DNA from: Candidatus Methylomirabilia bacterium
GTDB lineage: Bacteria > Methylomirabilota > Methylomirabilia > Rokubacteriales > CSP1-6
Assembly (NCBI GenBank): GCA_041496385.1
Contig: JBGQEL010000086.1
Span: forward strand, 1-18,273
Direction: 5' to 3'
Length of the DNA: 18,273 nt
Shown here: piece by piece, positions 1-7,988 of the stretch
Layout of the letters: each line of letters begins with the position of its first letter
How positions within the stretch are numbered: the stretch's first letter is position 1
Notes under the pieces: generated by a model
Databases searched by the model: none
What the model was told of the DNA's origin: nothing
Seen by the model: the letters and a program-made list of their open reading frames with translations, nothing else
Translations under genes and position numbers: made by a program

Positions 1-1
1 C

Positions 2-1117
2 GCCCCAGCCGCCCCACCACGGCCGTCCGGCGAAGGTCGGCCGACCCCACCAGGGGACGAGCGGCTCGCCCCAGCCGAGCGCCACCCAGCTGACCGCGGG
101 AACGCCGATCCCCACGCGGAGGCCGGGGCCGCCGAAGAAGGCGACGAGCGCGGGCGCGTAGACCGGCCGGCGAACGATGGGCCCGGGCGCCCACGCCCAG
201 AACCCGTCGACGAAAACCCAGCGACCGTAGTGGTAGGGCGCCCAGCCCCAGGGTGCGGTGTCCACCCACGACCAGCCATAGGAAGGATCCAGGATCCACT
301 TGCCAGTGCTGTACGGGACCCAGCCGGCGGACGCCGCCTCCGGCACCCACACGGCCCCGTACGTCGGTACCACGCGCCAGTTGCCGTGGTGATCGAGGTC
401 GTCCACGCCGTAGACGCCGGCCGGCACGTAGCGCGAGCTGACGGCGTCGAGGAGCTCGTTGGTGCGGGCGGAGTTCCAGGTGTCCCAGGCGTCCGGCTCG
501 GGCGCCACGTAGCTCTGGACGCTCGGCGCCGCCGCACCCTCGAGGATTACCTCTTCGCTTGGCGTGACCGCGACGGTCCGGCCGTCGCGAGACGTCATGG
601 TGGCGTGCCCGCCGCGGCGCGTGATGAAGGAGATCCGATCCTGCGTGAGGTCGGCGCGGTAGTACCCGGGCTGCTCGATGGTGAAGACCGCTTGCGGTGT
701 GTCGAGCTCCACGCGCCGTCCCTCATCGAGGCCGCGCAGATCGAGCGAGACGTGACCCGCCGTGGCCTTGAGCTGCAGGAGATCCGGCGCCAGGTTCACG
801 AGCCCGAGCTGCGTGTCGCCCCAGGCCCGCACGAACGCGCGCGCGCCCACCTGCAGCTCGAGGTTGCCCTGGTGCCCCGTGTAGAGCTCGTCGCCCGGCG
901 CCAGGGGTGTGTTGACCTGGGCGGGCGCCCAGTCGTCTGCGCCCGGGCGCCAGAACGAGGCCTCGCCGCTCGTGAAGCTCAGGCGCGGCGGCGTGCGTCC
1001 GATCGCGCCGCCCTGATCCTCGCTTGCGGGAACCGCGGCGCGCGCGGCGGGTGCCTGACCGACCAGGAGCGCGAACCCCAGGAGCATCGCCAGCAACCGC
1101 CTCGCGTACGTGGGCAT
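2..1117 (-). CDS. Secreted FecR-like / DUF6600-type Trp-rich protein (3' end runs off the window start)
   Basis: Absent from the ORF track because it has no stop in the window. Manual translation from ATG at 1117 (GAGGGAGGA RBS upstream) gives a signal peptide MPTYARRLLAMLLGFALLVGQAPAARA. It continues into a FecR-like beta region (RLSFTSGEASFWRPGADDWAPAQVNTPLAPGDELYTG...ELQVG...VELDTPQAVFTIEQPGYYRAD). It then shows the DUF6600-type signature (DLDHHGNW...YGAVWVP...GWVPYSTGKW...YGWSWVDTAPWGWAPYHYGRW...WAWAPGP...VYAPALVAFFG). Confidence 0.85.
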   Translation of the reverse strand, partial: MPTYARRLLAMLLGFALLVGQAPAARAAVPASEDQGGAIGRTPPRLSFTSGEASFWRPGADDWAPAQVNTPLAPGDELYTGHQGNLELQVGARAFVRAWGDTQLGLVNLAPDLLQLKATAGHVSLDLRGLDEGRRVELDTPQAVFTIEQPGYYRADLTQDRISFITRRGGHATMTSRDGRTVAVTPSEEVILEGAAAPSVQSYVAPEPDAWDTWNSARTNELLDAVSSRYVPAGVYGVDDLDHHGNWRVVPTYGAVWVPEAASAGWVPYSTGKWILDPSYGWSWVDTAPWGWAPYHYGRWVFVDGFWAWAPGPIVRRPVYAPALVAFFGGPGLRVGIGVPAVSWVALGWGEPLVPWWGRPTFAGRPWWGGWG

Positions 1118-1204
1118 ATGGTCCTCCCTCAGCTCCTCAGACGCGCCCGGGTTCGCGAGCATTCGTGCGCCGCGGGCGTAAACGCATGGAACGCGCCCAG
1201 CGTC

Positions 1205-1226
1205 TATAATGCTCGGCAACCGGAGG
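1205..1226 (+). promoter_or_regulatory. Sigma70-type -10 box (TATAAT) and Shine-Dalgarno (GGAGG) of the ketopantoate-reductase-family gene
   Basis: Perfect TATAAT at 1205-1210 in very GC-rich DNA, GGAGG at 1222-1226, ATG at 1233. No good -35 hexamer. Confidence 0.6.
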
Positions 1227-1232
1227 ACGTCA

Positions 1233-2285
1233 ATGGCCAAGAAGCTCCTCTTCGTCGGTGCGGGCGCCATCGGAAGCTACCTCGGCGCGTTCCTCTCGCG
1301 TGCCGCTCACGACGTGACGCTCGTCGATCCCTGGGCCGAGCAGGTCGAGACGATCCGACAGCGCGGCATCTCGGTCACGGGCCCCCACGACCCCTTCGAG
1401 GCCCGTCCGACCGCGGTACACCTGCACGAGGCGGCGCGCCTGCCCCGCGATTTTGACATCGCGTTCGTCGCCATGAAGGTCTACGACACCGCGTGGGCCT
1501 CTCAGCTCGCGCTCCGGCATCTCGCCCCCGGCGGCCACCTCGTCGCGGCGGAGAACTGCTGGCCCGACCCGGTGGTGGCGGGCGTGGCCGGGGCGTCGCG
1601 CGCGGTCGGGCTGGTCATGTCGAAGATCGGCGTGGCCCTCTGGAAGCCCGGGCAGGTGGAGCGCGGCATGGAAAAAGGCCAGGGCAAGGGCCACGACGTC
1701 TTCCGCGCGGGCGAGCACGACGGGCGGATCACCCCACGCGTCACGGAGCTGGCGCAGATGCTCTCGGTCATCGACGGCGCCCAGGCGACGGACAACCTGT
1801 GGGGCGAGCGCTGGGCCAAGCTCTGCGCCAACGCGATGGGCAATCCCGTCCAGGCCATGTCCGGGCTCGGCTCGCTCGAGATCGCCTCGAGCGAGGTCGG
1901 GCGCACGATCACGATCCACCTCGCCGCCGAGGCCGCGCGGGTGGGCCTGGCGCTCGGCTACACGGTGCCCAAGTTCAACGGCGCGCCGGTCGAGCAGTGG
2001 GCGGCGGCCGACCGGCCCGAGGCGTACGCGGCCCTCGACACGATGCTCACACCGGCATCGGCCACGCGCGTGAACTGGCGCGCGTCGATGGCCCAGGACG
2101 TCGCCAAGGGCCGCGCGACGGAGATCGACTACATGAACGGCCACGTAGTGGCGCAGGGGCGGGAGCGCGGCGTGCCCACGCCTCTGTCGGCCGCCGTGGT
2201 CGAGGTCGTGCACGAGGTGGAGCGGGGCACGCTCGCGCCCGCGCCCCAGAACATCGCGTTGGCGCTGCGCCGCGCGGGCCTGTAG
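1233..2285 (+). CDS. Ketopantoate reductase (ApbA/PanE) family NAD(P)-dependent oxidoreductase
   Basis: GAGAIG Rossmann motif at the N-terminus, FVAMK, AENC (conserved Asn), catalytic WAKLCANAMGNP, SMAQDV..GR.TEIDYMNG, GVPTP. Start moved to ATG 1233 using the RBS. Substrate uncertain. Confidence 0.88.
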   Translation: MAKKLLFVGAGAIGSYLGAFLSRAAHDVTLVDPWAEQVETIRQRGISVTGPHDPFEARPTAVHLHEAARLPRDFDIAFVAMKVYDTAWASQLALRHLAPGGHLVAAENCWPDPVVAGVAGASRAVGLVMSKIGVALWKPGQVERGMEKGQGKGHDVFRAGEHDGRITPRVTELAQMLSVIDGAQATDNLWGERWAKLCANAMGNPVQAMSGLGSLEIASSEVGRTITIHLAAEAARVGLALGYTVPKFNGAPVEQWAAADRPEAYAALDTMLTPASATRVNWRASMAQDVAKGRATEIDYMNGHVVAQGRERGVPTPLSAAVVEVVHEVERGTLAPAPQNIALALRRAGL

Positions 2286-2307
2286 GATCGCGGGGGAGGA
2301 GAGCGAC

Positions 2308-3450
2308 ATGCGCTATACGAGGATCTCCGCCGATTGCCACATCGATCTTCCCTGGATCCCGCCCGATCTCTTCAAGGGCGGCGCGTCGGCCGCCCTGAAG
2401 GATCGCATGCCCTTCGTGACCGACGGACCGGACGGACCCTACTGGACCTCGAAGAACGGCCAGAACTTCGGCCTCGTGAACGGCGTCGGGCCGGCCGGAC
2501 AGAAGTTCATCCCGGGCTCGCACCACCGCGTCGACGTCATGGCCTCCACGGGTCTCTACGAGGACGGCAAGAAGGGCATCCGGCGACCGACCGACCCCCT
2601 GCTGCGCGCGAAGGACATGGACCGCGACGGCGTGCAGGCCGAGGTGATCTACGGCATCCTGGGCGCGGCCACGCGGCTCAACGACCCCGAAGCCGCCAAC
2701 GAGATGTTCCAGATCTACAACGACTGGCTCGTCGAGTTCTGCCGCGTCGATCCCGAGCGCTACATCGGGCTCGCCTGCCTGCCCTACGGTGACATCGACG
2801 CCGCCGTGAAGGAGATCCACCGCGTGGCGAAGCTCGGGCTGCGGGGCATGGAGCTGTCGTGCTCGTGGGACATGGAGCCCATGTGGCATCCGATCTGGGA
2901 GCCGCTCTGGAAGGCCGTCAACGACGTGAACATCCCGCTCCACTTCCACACCTTCCCCGCGCTGCCGCCCGGCAAGCTCGATCAGCAAAAGGGCCTGACG
3001 CGGCGGGCGGCGTTCTTCACCGTCGTCTCGGGCTTCCAGATGAACCTCGTCAACATCGTCGCGGCCGTCATCGGCGCTGCCGTCCTCGAGCGCTATCCGA
3101 ACATCCGGATCGCCCTCGGCGAGAGCGGGATCGGCTGGGTCCCGTACGCGCTCGACCGCATGGACTTCGAGTGGGAGGATCGCTTCCACGATCTCGGTCT
3201 GAAGATGAAGCCGAGCGACTACTGGCGGCGGCAGTGCAAGGCGACGTTCCAGTTCGACCGCATCGGCACCAAGCTCATCGACGACATGGGCGTGGAGACG
3301 CTCATGTGGGGCTCGGACTATCCGCACGGTGACGGCGTCTGGCCGGAGTCGTCGAAGTACATCGCCGAGCAGTTCGGCCACCTGCCGCCCGACGTCACGC
3401 ACAAGATCACCTGCGAGAACGCCGGGCGCTTCTACGGCCTGATCGCGTAG
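2308..3450 (+). CDS. Amidohydrolase family protein (Amidohydro_2 type)
   Basis: ISADCH metal motif, DMDRDGV, YNDWL.EFC, LHFH, ESGIGWVP, MWGSDYPH, ENA.RFYGL. GGGGAGGAG RBS. Starts 22 bp after the upstream gene, so probably an operon. Confidence 0.92.
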   Translation: MRYTRISADCHIDLPWIPPDLFKGGASAALKDRMPFVTDGPDGPYWTSKNGQNFGLVNGVGPAGQKFIPGSHHRVDVMASTGLYEDGKKGIRRPTDPLLRAKDMDRDGVQAEVIYGILGAATRLNDPEAANEMFQIYNDWLVEFCRVDPERYIGLACLPYGDIDAAVKEIHRVAKLGLRGMELSCSWDMEPMWHPIWEPLWKAVNDVNIPLHFHTFPALPPGKLDQQKGLTRRAAFFTVVSGFQMNLVNIVAAVIGAAVLERYPNIRIALGESGIGWVPYALDRMDFEWEDRFHDLGLKMKPSDYWRRQCKATFQFDRIGTKLIDDMGVETLMWGSDYPHGDGVWPESSKYIAEQFGHLPPDVTHKITCENAGRFYGLIA

Positions 3451-3458
3451 CGCTCCCA

Positions 3459-3512
3459 GCGGGCGGACCGATCCGCTCGCCGGCGTCGAGGGCGCGAGGG
3501 GCTCGCGCCCTC
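3459..3512. terminator. Tandem hairpins between convergent genes, probable bidirectional terminator or stability element
   Basis: GCGGGCGGA-ccga-TCCGCTCGC (3459-3480, one G-U pair) and a perfect 11-bp stem GAGGGCGCGAG-ggg-CTCGCGCCCTC (3488-3512). No U-tract. Confidence 0.55.
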
Positions 3513-3516
3513 CGGT

Positions 3517-3738
3517 CTACGCGCGATCGGTGGCCGACGCGGGGTGACCGTTGGACGTCTGATGGTGCAGCCACTGGGACAGCACCTTCGAGACGTCGAC
3601 GACGTGGATGACCTCACCCAGCACCGTGTGGATCGTGCCGAGGTCGATCCGCTTGTAGACCATCTCGATCTGGCCCAGCGGCACACGTCGTTGGGTCCCG
3701 TCCGTCGTGGTGAACTCGACCCAGGGTTGTTCGCTCAT
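3517..3738 (-). CDS. Small hypothetical protein (73 aa) with FlbD/SwrD-like sequence pattern
   Basis: MSEQPWVEFTTTDGTQRRVPLGQIEMVYKRIDLGTIHTVLGEVIHVVDVSKVLSQW has protein-like composition, unlike the Arg/Ala/Pro-rich shadow ORFs. An extended -10 (TGcTAGCGT) lies 7 nt upstream of ATG 3738. Confidence 0.65.
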   Translation of the reverse strand: MSEQPWVEFTTTDGTQRRVPLGQIEMVYKRIDLGTIHTVLGEVIHVVDVSKVLSQWLHHQTSNGHPASATDRA

Positions 3739-3745
3739 GCGGCAC

Positions 3746-3754
3746 ACGCTAGCA
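3746..3754 (-). promoter_or_regulatory. Extended -10 promoter (TGnTAGCGT), leaderless configuration
   Basis: The minus strand reads TGC-TAGCGT-GTGCCGC-ATG with no SD sequence. Confidence 0.5.
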
Positions 3755-4013
3755 ACCGCCCCGCTCGGATCAGAAGGAATTTCCGGAACCTCACGAGCCA
3801 CGATCCGTGGTGAGGCGGACCGCGCACGACCTACCGCCCGTTGAGGTCGGCTCAGCGCCGCGCCTCGCGACGGTTGCGAGCCGCGTGGAGACGTGATGGA
3901 CTAGGCGCGCTCCGAGAGAGCCGGGTGGAAACGCATGTTGGGAGTTGTCGCGACGCTCAAGGACATGGCCGGCCGGCCGGAAGTGCTCCGGCTGCGCGAA
4001 GTGGAGTAGGCGC

Positions 4014-5084
4014 GTGCGAGCGACGGCGGAGCGCCTGCGACGGCTGACGAGCACGATCTTGAAATCCGGCGGCAGCGCCGAGTCCGAGGCGGATCTCGTC
4101 GCGGACCATCTGGTCCTGGCGAACCTCATGGGCCACGACAGCCACGGCGTCGGGATGGTCCCCTCGTACGTCCGGCACCTGCAGGCGGGGCTCGTCGTGC
4201 CGAACACGCGCGCGAAGATCGTGAAGGACGATGGCCCGACGCTCATGTTCGACGGCGGCCGCGGCTACGGCCGCTGCGTGGGCGGCGAGGCCATGACCGC
4301 CGCGCTCGCCCGCTGCCGCCTGACGGGCGTGGTCGCGATGACGCTCGCGAACGCCCACCACATCGGGCGCGTCGGCGCGTATGGCGAGCTGGCGAGCGCG
4401 GCCGGCCTCGTCTCGCTCCACTTCGTCAACGTCACGGACCACCGCCCGATCGTCGCGCCCTTCCGCGGCACCGACGCGCGCTTCGTGACCAACCCGGTCT
4501 GCATCGCCCTGCCCGGCACGGAGCGCCAGGCTCCCCTGCTTCTCGACATGGCCACGAGCGCGATCGCGATGGGCAAGGTGCGCGTCGCCAGGAACGAGGG
4601 CAAATCGCTGCCGGACGGAATCCTGATCGATCCGAGCGGGCAGCCGACGCGCGATCCCAACGTGATGTACGCCGAGCCACACGGCGCGTTGCTCCCCTTC
4701 GGGGGCCACAAGGGCTACGCGCTCGCGGTCATGACGGAGCTGCTGGCGGCGGCGCTGTCGGGCGGCCCGACGATCCAGCCCGCGAACCCGCGGGCGGGCG
4801 GCACCATCAACAACATGCTGACCGTGCTGATCGATCCCGCGCGCCTGGCCGGCGTCGACTGGCTCCGCCGCGAGATCGACGGCTTCATCGAGTACGTCAA
4901 GGCGTCGCCGCCGGCCGACCCGACGGCGCCCGTCCTCGTCCCCGGCGAGCCCGAGCGCCTCGCGCGCGCGGAGCGCTCGCGCTCGGGCATCGCCATCGAC
5001 GCGACGACCTGGGAGGAAATTCTCCAGGCGGGTGAGAAGCTGGGGCTCGCCCGCGGCGCTGCCGAAGCCCTCGTCGCCGGATAG
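4014..5084 (+). CDS. hcxB: Malate/lactate/ureidoglycolate dehydrogenase (Ldh_2 family), HcxB/YbiC-like hydroxycarboxylate dehydrogenase
   Basis: EADLVADHLVLANLMGHDSHGVGMVPSYV, NAHHIGRVG, SLHFVNV, VAPFRG.DARF.TNP.C, LLLDMATSAIA.GK.RVA, HKGYALA..ELL..ALSGG, VKASPP and PGE closely follow E. coli YbiC as I recall it. GTG start at 4014 with GGAG at 4003-4006. Confidence 0.88.
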   Translation: MRATAERLRRLTSTILKSGGSAESEADLVADHLVLANLMGHDSHGVGMVPSYVRHLQAGLVVPNTRAKIVKDDGPTLMFDGGRGYGRCVGGEAMTAALARCRLTGVVAMTLANAHHIGRVGAYGELASAAGLVSLHFVNVTDHRPIVAPFRGTDARFVTNPVCIALPGTERQAPLLLDMATSAIAMGKVRVARNEGKSLPDGILIDPSGQPTRDPNVMYAEPHGALLPFGGHKGYALAVMTELLAAALSGGPTIQPANPRAGGTINNMLTVLIDPARLAGVDWLRREIDGFIEYVKASPPADPTAPVLVPGEPERLARAERSRSGIAIDATTWEEILQAGEKLGLARGAAEALVAG

Positions 5085-5117
5085 CGAGCGCGCTCCCCGG
5101 GCGGGCGCGAGAAGCGA

Positions 5118-6158
5118 CTAGCGGGGCTGCTTCAGCTCTGCGTCGATCAGGCGCACGAACGCCTCGAGTGGCTGCGCGCCCGACAGCATCAGCCCGTTCA
5201 CGAAGAACGCCGGCGTGAAGTTGGCGCCGAGCCCGATCGCCTGATTCACGTCCCGCTGGACGCTCGCCTGTTGCTTGCCGCCGGCGAGGCACTGCTCGAA
5301 GCGTCCCGCGTCGAGCCCCAGCTCCCCTGCCCAGGTCTTCAGCTTGTCGGGCGTGGTGGCCGGCTCCTCGGCGAAGAGCTTGTCGTGGTACTCCCAGAAC
5401 TTGCCCTGCTCCTTGGCGCACTGGGCGGCCTCGGCCGCCTTGGTCGCGCCGGGATGCAGGTTCTCGAGCGGCAGGTTCTTGAAGACGAGCCGCACCTTGT
5501 CGCCGTAGCGCGCGCGGACCTGGGCGAGGACGGGTAGCACCTGCCGGCAGTACGGACAGTAGAAGTCCGAGAACTCGACGATCGTCACCGGCGCGGTCGC
5601 GGCGCCCTGCACCGGCGAGTCGTCGACAGACACGCTCGCCCGGAACGGCGTCGGGGGCTTCAGATAGACGACGACCTTCGCGCCCGCGCGGAGCGTCTGA
5701 ACGAACGCGCGCTGCTGGGCCGCGACCTTCTGATTCTGCAGGTAGGTCCGGATCCGGTCGCGGATGGCCGCCAGGGGCGCGTTGATCTGCCCCTTGTTCG
5801 CCTCGTAGAAGCCCTCGATCTCGGTCTCCGTCACCAGCCCGACCTTCGCGGTCACTTCCTGGTCCAGCAGCGCCTGCGGCGAGACGCCCCGCTTCGCGGC
5901 TTCCTTCGCGACCAGGCGCTCGGCGATCAGCGCCTCGAGTCGCTGCTGTCGCATGGCATACATCTGCTGCTCGAGCTGGTTGAGCGCGGCGCCGAGACTG
6001 CTCGCCAGCTCGTCGGAGGTCACGGGCGTGCCGTCCACCTCGGCGAGAATGCCCGGATCACGCGACGGCGTGGCGGGGGTCTGGGCGTGGGCCGGCTCGC
6101 CCGCCGGCAGCAGGATCGCGACGATCCCGAACGCGACGACCGCGATCGCTCTCAGCAT
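5118..6158 (-). CDS. Exported DsbA-family thioredoxin-fold protein with N-terminal SurA/PrsA-like helical domain
   Basis: Signal peptide ending PAHA, then [14 protein letters not shown] and a helical region. C-terminal [48 protein letters not shown] and cis-Pro loop FTPAFFVNG. Confidence 0.92.
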   Translation of the reverse strand: MLRAIAVVAFGIVAILLPAGEPAHAQTPATPSRDPGILAEVDGTPVTSDELASSLGAALNQLEQQMYAMRQQRLEALIAERLVAKEAAKRGVSPQALLDQEVTAKVGLVTETEIEGFYEANKGQINAPLAAIRDRIRTYLQNQKVAAQQRAFVQTLRAGAKVVVYLKPPTPFRASVSVDDSPVQGAATAPVTIVEFSDFYCPYCRQVLPVLAQVRARYGDKVRLVFKNLPLENLHPGATKAAEAAQCAKEQGKFWEYHDKLFAEEPATTPDKLKTWAGELGLDAGRFEQCLAGGKQQASVQRDVNQAIGLGANFTPAFFVNGLMLSGAQPLEAFVRLIDAELKQPR

Positions 6159-6228
6159 GGTTCCTGATGATACATTACCCTGCAGACGTCATCCGGGCGC
6201 ACCTCGTAGAAAGGCGGAGATCTTCACG

Positions 6229-6987
6229 ATGACCACGTCTGGCAAGGTCGCGATCGTCACGGGCGCAGGCAGCGGAATCGGCAAGAGCGTGGCGCTCGCG
6301 CTCCTGCGAGAGGGCTACGCGGTCGCTCTCGCCGGGCGCCGCAAGGAGCTGCTCGAGGCCACGGCGGTTGAGGGCAAGCCGTCCGGCTCGCGGACGCTCG
6401 TCGTCCCGACCGACGTGGGCGATCCCGCGTCCGTCCGGGCCCTCTTCGCCAGGTGCAAGGAGGCGTTCGGCCGGCTCGACCTGCTGTTCAATAACGCGGG
6501 GACCGGGGCGCCGGCCGTGCCGCTCGAGGACCTGACCTACGCGCAGTGGAAGACCGTCGTGGACGCCAACCTGACCGGCTCGTTCCTCTGCACGCAGGAG
6601 GCGTTCAAAATCATGAAGAGCCAGCAGCCCCGCGGCGGGCGCATCATCAACAACGGCTCCATCTCGGCCCACGCGCCGCGGCCGAACTCGGTGCCCTACA
6701 CCTCGACCAAGCACGCGATCACGGGGCTCACGAAGTGCGCCTCCCTCGACGGGCGGAAGTACGACATCGCGTGCGGCCAGATCGACATCGGAAACGCCGC
6801 GACCCCGATGACGGAGCGGATGAAGAAGGGCGTGCCGCAGGCCAACGGGTCGGTCGAGGTCGAGCCGACGATGGACGTCGAGAACGTGGCGCGCGCCGTC
6901 GTGCTGATGGCGGCGATGCCGCTGGACGCCAACGTGCAGTTCATGACGGTCATGGCGACGAAGATGCCCTTCGTGGGTCGGGGCTGA
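6229..6987 (+). CDS. Short-chain dehydrogenase/reductase (classical SDR, probably NADP-preferring)
   Basis: [18 protein letters not shown] (basic residues after beta2), LFNNAG, NNGSIS, YTSTK catalytic motif. Start ATG 6229 after AAGGCGGAG. Confidence 0.93.
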   Translation: MTTSGKVAIVTGAGSGIGKSVALALLREGYAVALAGRRKELLEATAVEGKPSGSRTLVVPTDVGDPASVRALFARCKEAFGRLDLLFNNAGTGAPAVPLEDLTYAQWKTVVDANLTGSFLCTQEAFKIMKSQQPRGGRIINNGSISAHAPRPNSVPYTSTKHAITGLTKCASLDGRKYDIACGQIDIGNAATPMTERMKKGVPQANGSVEVEPTMDVENVARAVVLMAAMPLDANVQFMTVMATKMPFVGRG

Positions 6988-6992
6988 CGGCC

Positions 6993-7976
6993 ATGGCCCA
7001 GGGCGCCGCGTCGCGCTATGAGTTCGTCGAGGGCTGGGAGCAGCTTCCCGCGGGGTACGAGCATCGCGCCGTCGCGGGCGTGGCGGTGGACGGCGAGGAC
7101 CGCGTCTTCCTGATCTGCCGCGGCGATCATCCGATCATCGTCTACGACCGCAAGGGCAGCTTCGTCGGCTCCTGGGGCCAGGGCGAGTTCACCTACCGCA
7201 CGCACGGCATCACGGTCGGCCCGGACGGGACGCTCTACTGCAGCGACGACGGCAACCACACCGTGCGGCAGTTCACGCCGACCGGCAAGCTGCTCATGAC
7301 GCTCGGGACCCTGAACACGCCCTCCGACACCGGCTACGACGGCAAGGACACGCGGACCGTCCTGCGGCCCGGCGGGCCGTTCAACCGCCCGACGAACGTC
7401 GCCGTCGGTCCCCGGGGCGATCTCTACGTGTCGGACGGCTACGGCAACTGCCGCGTCCATCGATTTTCACCGAGCGGCGAGCTGAAGCGATCCTGGGGCG
7501 TGCCGGGCACGGGGCCCGGGGAGTTCTTCCTGCCCCACGGCCTCGCCGTCGCGGCCGACGGCCGTGTGTTCGTCTGCGACCGCGAGAACGATCGCATCCA
7601 GATCTTCGACCCGGACGGTGAGTATCTCGCCGAGTGGACCGACACGCGGCGCCCGACGCATATCGTCTTCGACGGCCAGGGCCGCGCCTACGTGTCGGAG
7701 CTCTGGTGGCAGCCGGGCCAGACGTCGAGCCGCTACGGCCCGGCCGGCGCGACGCGCTCGGGGCGCGTCAGCGTTTACGACCGGGACGGCCGGGTGCTCG
7801 CGCGCTGGGGCGGCGCCGACCCGGCGGCCGCCGGCAGCTTCGCGGCCCCGCACGGCATCGCGGTCGATTCGCGCCTCGACGTATACGTGAGCGAGGTGAC
7901 CTGGACGTTCGCGGCGAGCCGTGGCCACGTCCCCGCGGGCTGCCACTCGTTCCAGAAGTTCAGGCTCGCGCCCTGA
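6993..7976 (+). CDS. NHL-repeat beta-propeller, peptidyl-alpha-hydroxyglycine alpha-amidating lyase (PAL)-like
   Basis: NHL blades: GVAVD..DRVF, THGITVGPDG.LY.SD, FNRPTNVAV...GDLYVSDGYGNCRVHRF, F.LPHGLAV..DGRVFVCDRENDRIQIF, F.APHGIAVDS..DVYVSE. ATG 5 bp after the SDR stop. No signal peptide. Confidence 0.9.
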   Translation: MAQGAASRYEFVEGWEQLPAGYEHRAVAGVAVDGEDRVFLICRGDHPIIVYDRKGSFVGSWGQGEFTYRTHGITVGPDGTLYCSDDGNHTVRQFTPTGKLLMTLGTLNTPSDTGYDGKDTRTVLRPGGPFNRPTNVAVGPRGDLYVSDGYGNCRVHRFSPSGELKRSWGVPGTGPGEFFLPHGLAVAADGRVFVCDRENDRIQIFDPDGEYLAEWTDTRRPTHIVFDGQGRAYVSELWWQPGQTSSRYGPAGATRSGRVSVYDRDGRVLARWGGADPAAAGSFAAPHGIAVDSRLDVYVSEVTWTFAASRGHVPAGCHSFQKFRLAP

Positions 7977-7988
7977 GGCGGCGGCGCC

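Noticed and set aside
1141..1198. Direct repeat ACGCGCCC at 1141-1148 and 1191-1198 in the divergent promoter region
   Set aside because: An 8-bp GC-rich word is expected by chance here, and no cognate regulator is nearby.
230..1456. 408-aa plus-strand ORF
   Set aside because: Arg/Ala/Gly-rich antisense shadow of the FecR/DUF6600 gene with no recognisable motifs.
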